Shown in pieces: positions 59,776 to 64,000 of a stretch of 64,000 nucleotides of DNA. How positions within the stretch are numbered: position 1 is the first letter of the stretch; every line of letters starts with the position of its first letter. A program made the translations under genes and the position numbers. Source of the stretch: Massalongia carnosa (taxonomy: Eukaryota); assembly GCA_965645245.1 (NCBI GenBank), contig OZ287070.1, forward strand, positions 2,666,001-2,730,000. The letters are read 5' to 3'. The notes beneath the pieces were generated by a model that was not told the origin of the DNA, made no database searches, and worked only from the letters and a program-made list of their open reading frames with translations.

Positions 59776-60361
59776 ATAGCGATTTGCGAAGAGCTATATC
59801 CTTTTCTGATGTTCGGAAGCTTGTTGCTGACCGTGCTCATAACCAGTTAAAAGGAGACTCTGGTTGCAGGTGATCGCATTGACTATATAGCTATCTAAAA
59901 GGAAAAGAGCAGACTTTTCACCGAAGGGCAAAGCACGCTAAACCTAAAACCTTCCTAGAGAAGATTAGACTACCCGCTATCCACGTTATGAGGCAGTGAG
60001 CCCAACAAGCCATTATAACTATAATCGCAACCGCCATTCAACAGCTTCTATGCTTACCGGGCTCATAACTATCAAGCTGTATGGGCTCATGTGGAATATG
60101 GGTGAAAAGGAGTGGTGTGTATTGATATATGGGAGGTCTAGGCTAGCTAACTGAGGGATATCTCATAGGGGTTCGTGGGTCATGTGACCCATGGCGGGTC
60201 ATGTGACCCTTAATCGCCTGACACGTAGTACAATCGGGTACCGGAAGTCACCGTCCGATTTCGCTAATTAGCTAATCATCAAAACTTTCAACTTTTTTCA
60301 AATTCATACTATTCTATCATCAAATTAGTGAATAAAATAATGCCTTCCATACCAAAAACTG

Positions 60362-63300
60362 TGTCAGGCAGCTTGCCCTGATATTATTCAGTAGCTATGA
60401 ACTAGAATTTAACTACAAGGAAGGAAAGAAAAGAATAATCATCGCTGAACTCCTAAACATAATCTACCGTGGGTGCGCTAGCCAGTCAAGCGACGCGCGC
60501 TACTGCTTAGGCGAGTCATACTGTCCCGTGACCACCAGAGCATGTCGGGTCAGGCCAGGACCTTGACACTACCCCCCCTTCTATGGACGACGTCTCTGAG
60601 TCGTGAATAATCCGCTCCGTTCAACCAATTCTTGACTAAAGAAACGAATAATCCCTTATTCGAAGCTAAGCCTCATCGGGTCCATCTACGGTTTCCGTAG
60701 ATGGTCTGACGTTATCGATCGTCTGATCCATCCCTGTGAGGTCCTCTGGCGCCTTCGGTTTTCGAGGATGTTCTCTATGATATTGCAGAACCTTTTCGAT
60801 AGACTTTCTGAAGTCGGTCCATGGTTGCCAAGGTGGGTCAGCGTTCCATTCGTCCCAATTTCCAATATATGTAGCCTTATACTGTACCCCAAATTTCCTT
60901 GTCTCTCGACAGTCCACTGTCTCTAAGATTTCCCACTCTTCATGTGTTGCCTCCTTATCGTTCTCGGTGATCAAGACAGGTGGGCCGGGAGGCAGACTTG
61001 CCCTGGGAACGGATTGGACGGAGCGAGATGCAACTTCCATGGATGAAATATTGGGGTGAGTCCCACATTCTTTAAATGCTGTGGTATGTCAAGCTCATAT
61101 GCCTTGTTATCGATTATCCTAACAATTTTTCAGGGACCAACGTTTTTAAACCCGAGGGAACGACTTGGACGCTCTGATGCGAAATGTTTAGCATTAACGT
61201 ACACTAAATCGCCCACTTTGTATTCTGGGTGCGGTTGACGATCTTTGTTAGCATGTCGTGTTTGTTCTTCCTGGGCCCATGTTAGCTGATTTCTTAACCA
61301 TTCTCGCATTGCTTCCTGGCGAGCGACTATTTTGTCAGCATGAAGTATCTCGGCTTTTCCCTTTTCTTCATATGTTCCTGGAGGCTCTATTCCCGAACGA
61401 GGATGAAAGCCGTGATCTGCGAAAAATGGTGTCATTCCTGTCGAAACGTTAACATGATTGTTGACGGCGAACTCGGCATCTGAAAGATAGTCGACCCAGT
61501 TGTCCTGAGCATAATTGATGTATGATCGAAGGTAGTTCTTCATTACTTTATTTGCATTCTCAGTTTGACCATCCGTTTCTGGATGATGCGCTGAAGAGAA
61601 CTTTATCTTTACTCCGTATCTTTCACAAATTCTTTTCCACAGATGAGCAGTCAGCTGACTGCCTCGATCGTTTACCGTTGACAATGGAAAGCCATACGAG
61701 GAGAAGAGTCGTCGAGACATGGCGTCCATTAATTCGTCGGTGGAGAGTGACGTAAGCGGTTCGTATAATCGTCTTTTTGTTAGACGGTCTACTATCACTA
61801 ATATGTGTTGATACACTCTATTCCTTCGCCGACATTCCGGCAAAAACTCCACAAAATCTAAAGAGACGTCTGTCCATTTTCTGTTCGGTATGGGTAGAGG
61901 ATTCAGTAAGCCCTGTTTCTTGACATTGTATGATTTTGACCTTCGACAAATGGAGCAGTTCACTGCGTATCTTTTGCAGTGATCCTTCATGTCGAACCAG
62001 AAGTAGTTTTCCATCAGTGACTGATACATGCTTTTATATCCCGGGTGTCCTTGCAGAGGAGGTTCGTGATGTTTCTGCAACAGGCATAATTGAAGGGGTT
62101 CATGATCTGGGACATACAGCCTATCTTTGACATATAGTCTTTCATCTTTCACTTTGAGATCTCCCATGGTTAATTTGATCCCTTTCTTTATAAGATGCGA
62201 TGGAAGCTTGCGAAGTTCTCGTGTTTTGGCAGCGATTATGTCTTGAACTACTTCATCTTTTTCATAAGCTTCTTCAATTAGTTCTTCTAGAGGTTTCGCT
62301 GATGGATCTTCTTCCGAATCGTCGCCTAGTTCTTTCACCGGATTTTCATTTAAAATCTGACCCTGAGCCTCTTCATCGTCCTCGATGGCCTGAGGTTCCT
62401 CAGCTTCTTCGTCAGTGTCATTTGTTCTTGTGTTTGCACAGAAGATCACTGATAAAGCCTTCTTTACGTCATCGTCTAGTTGATGCTCCTGTAGCAATGT
62501 CTGGAATTGATGTTGTTGTCGAGAGTCGTCAAACCCTTTTGGAAGATCTTGAGAACGTCGAGTAAGTGTGTCCGGCTTTTCGCCTTGTCTGCCCGGTCGA
62601 TACATGATTTTGAAATTGAACTCCGAAAGGAATTCAGCCCATCAAGCCTGTCTGCGGTTCAGTTGCTTTGTCGTCATAAAGTGTTCCAGGTTTTTATGAT
62701 CAGTATAAACTTTGATTGGCTGGTCAGGCGCAGCACTTGCTGCCTCGGGCCGCCAGACCTCGAAGCTCTTTATGATAGCGAGGAGTTCCTTATCATATAT
62801 CATGTAATTACATTCGGCCGGTGTCATCTTCTTGGAGAAATATGCTACCGGTTTGAGCACTCCGTCATGCATCTGAGATAAGACTCCGGCAGTGACGAAA
62901 TCCGAAGAGTCTGTTTCTATCCATGTCTCTAGAGAAGGATCATAGTGCGCTAACACTGGTGCAGTAGTGAAGGCCTCTTTCAAATCTTCGACAGCTTTTT
63001 TACAATCTTCGGTCCAGATGAACACGTTATATCGGGTCTCTTCTTGCCCGACTTGGTCGTTATTTGTTCTCCTTTTGTTAATTCCGTCAGAGACCTTGTA
63101 CGCTGAGAGAACTTTGATATGAATCGTCGATAGAAGTTTGCAAAGCCTAGAAAAGCTTGCACGTCCTTCACGGACTCCGGAGTTTCCCATTTCAAAATCG
63201 CTTCAATCTTCTCGGAATCCATTTTTATTCCTTCAGTGGTGACTATAAGTCCGAGGTACTTTACCTTAGTCACCGAGAATTCACATTTGTCAATGTCAAC

Positions 63301-64000
63301 TTGGAGTCCTCGTTCCCCCAAGCGTTTAAGAACCTTCAAGACGTGATCTGAATGTTCTTCCTCATTATCACTGTAGATCAAGACGTCATCCAGATAAGCA
63401 GTACAAAAGACGTCTAAATATTCCCGAACCGAATTATTTATATAACTCTGAAAAGTCCCTGGAGCATTGCATAAACCGAAAGGCATGACCAGATATTCGA
63501 ACTGGCCATATCTTGTGTTAAAAGCGGTAAGCCATTCATGTCCTTCTTTTACTCGAAGACGATTGAATGCCGTAATAACGTCTAGTTTCGTGAAGCGTTT
63601 TGCCTGCGAGAGTTTTCCGAGCGTCTCGTTAATTAGGGGAATAGGATATCGATTCTTTACTGTGATGGCATTCAAGGCTCGATAGTCCACACAAAATCTC
63701 AGTCCACCACCTGCTTTTCGAACTAGAAGGACTGGAGCAGCTGCTGTCGACGAACTGGGACGAATGAATCCCTTTCCCATATGTTCGTCAATATACTTCT
63801 TGACAGCTTCCAACTCCTGTTCTGACATAGGCTTATAGTTCCTGACATAAGGGGGTTCTTTTCCGTCCATGAGGTTAATCTCGTGATCCTCCTTACGATG
63901 TTCCGGTAGTTCGTCTGCTTTATGCTTCATAAAGACTTCTATCATGCTATGATACTCTGAGGGAATTTTCTTCAACAATTCTTCGCGGGAGTACTCGGGT
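60362..64000 (-). mobile_element. Chromovirus-type Ty3/Gypsy element, 3' part (RT, RNase H, integrase, chromodomain, 3' LTR), frameshifted
   Basis: LRFCVDYRALN, YLDDVLIYS, ETDSSD, HPETDGQTE, EWEILETVDCR..VQYKATYIG..WQP; PPT AAGGGGGGGTAG; LTR 60362-60568. Confidence 0.95.

Larger units (their letters stand above)
54704..60043 (-). mobile_element. Intact, young Ty1/Copia element
   Basis: 199-bp LTRs at 54704-54902 and 59845-60043, identical by eye; TSD GCTTC; PBS GGTTATGAGC; PPT AGGGGGAC. Confidence 0.97.
48634..60223 (-). mobile_element. Old Copia-type element 5' half (LTR, PBS, split gag) hosting nested insertions
   Basis: LTR 60070-60223 (TGTCAGGC..GCTTGATA), PBS GTTATGAGCCC; gag 54628-54240 joins 49331-48634 in frame (NALKS-SARAYIPP); CVCGKIHLFRLC knuckle. 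Confidence 0.8.

Noticed and set aside
1..64000. Starship captain, Helitron, tRNA or rRNA genes
   Set aside because: No tyrosine-recombinase, Rep/helicase or structural RNA signature was recognised.

Overview
Eukaryotic DNA with short GT-AG introns and fungal-type genes, most likely from a filamentous ascomycete. The window is a repeat-rich accessory region made mostly of nested transposons. LTR retrotransposons: three Ty1/Copia (one intact with identical LTRs), two Ty3/Gypsy, and at least six solo LTRs. Other elements: a Tad1-like LINE, a PIF/Harbinger (Pangu-like) element, two Tc1-like elements, pogo/Fot1 fragments, CACTA-like termini, and a 4.9-kb TIR element that splits a gag gene with a 2-bp duplication. 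The non-TE islands carry mostly conflict/immunity-type genes. The best candidate system is an NB-ARC-TPR NLR whose N-terminus is a short Gly/Asn/hydrophobic amyloid-like motif, placed head-to-head with a SesB-like alpha/beta hydrolase; both genes are damaged here. Also present: an ankyrin fragment, PD-(D/E)XK nuclease and SRPK-like kinase pseudogenes, an apparently intact HNH nuclease gene, and a Ser/Thr-rich secreted/GPI-type gene. All domain names come from visual motif recognition and all introns were predicted by eye; no searches were run.
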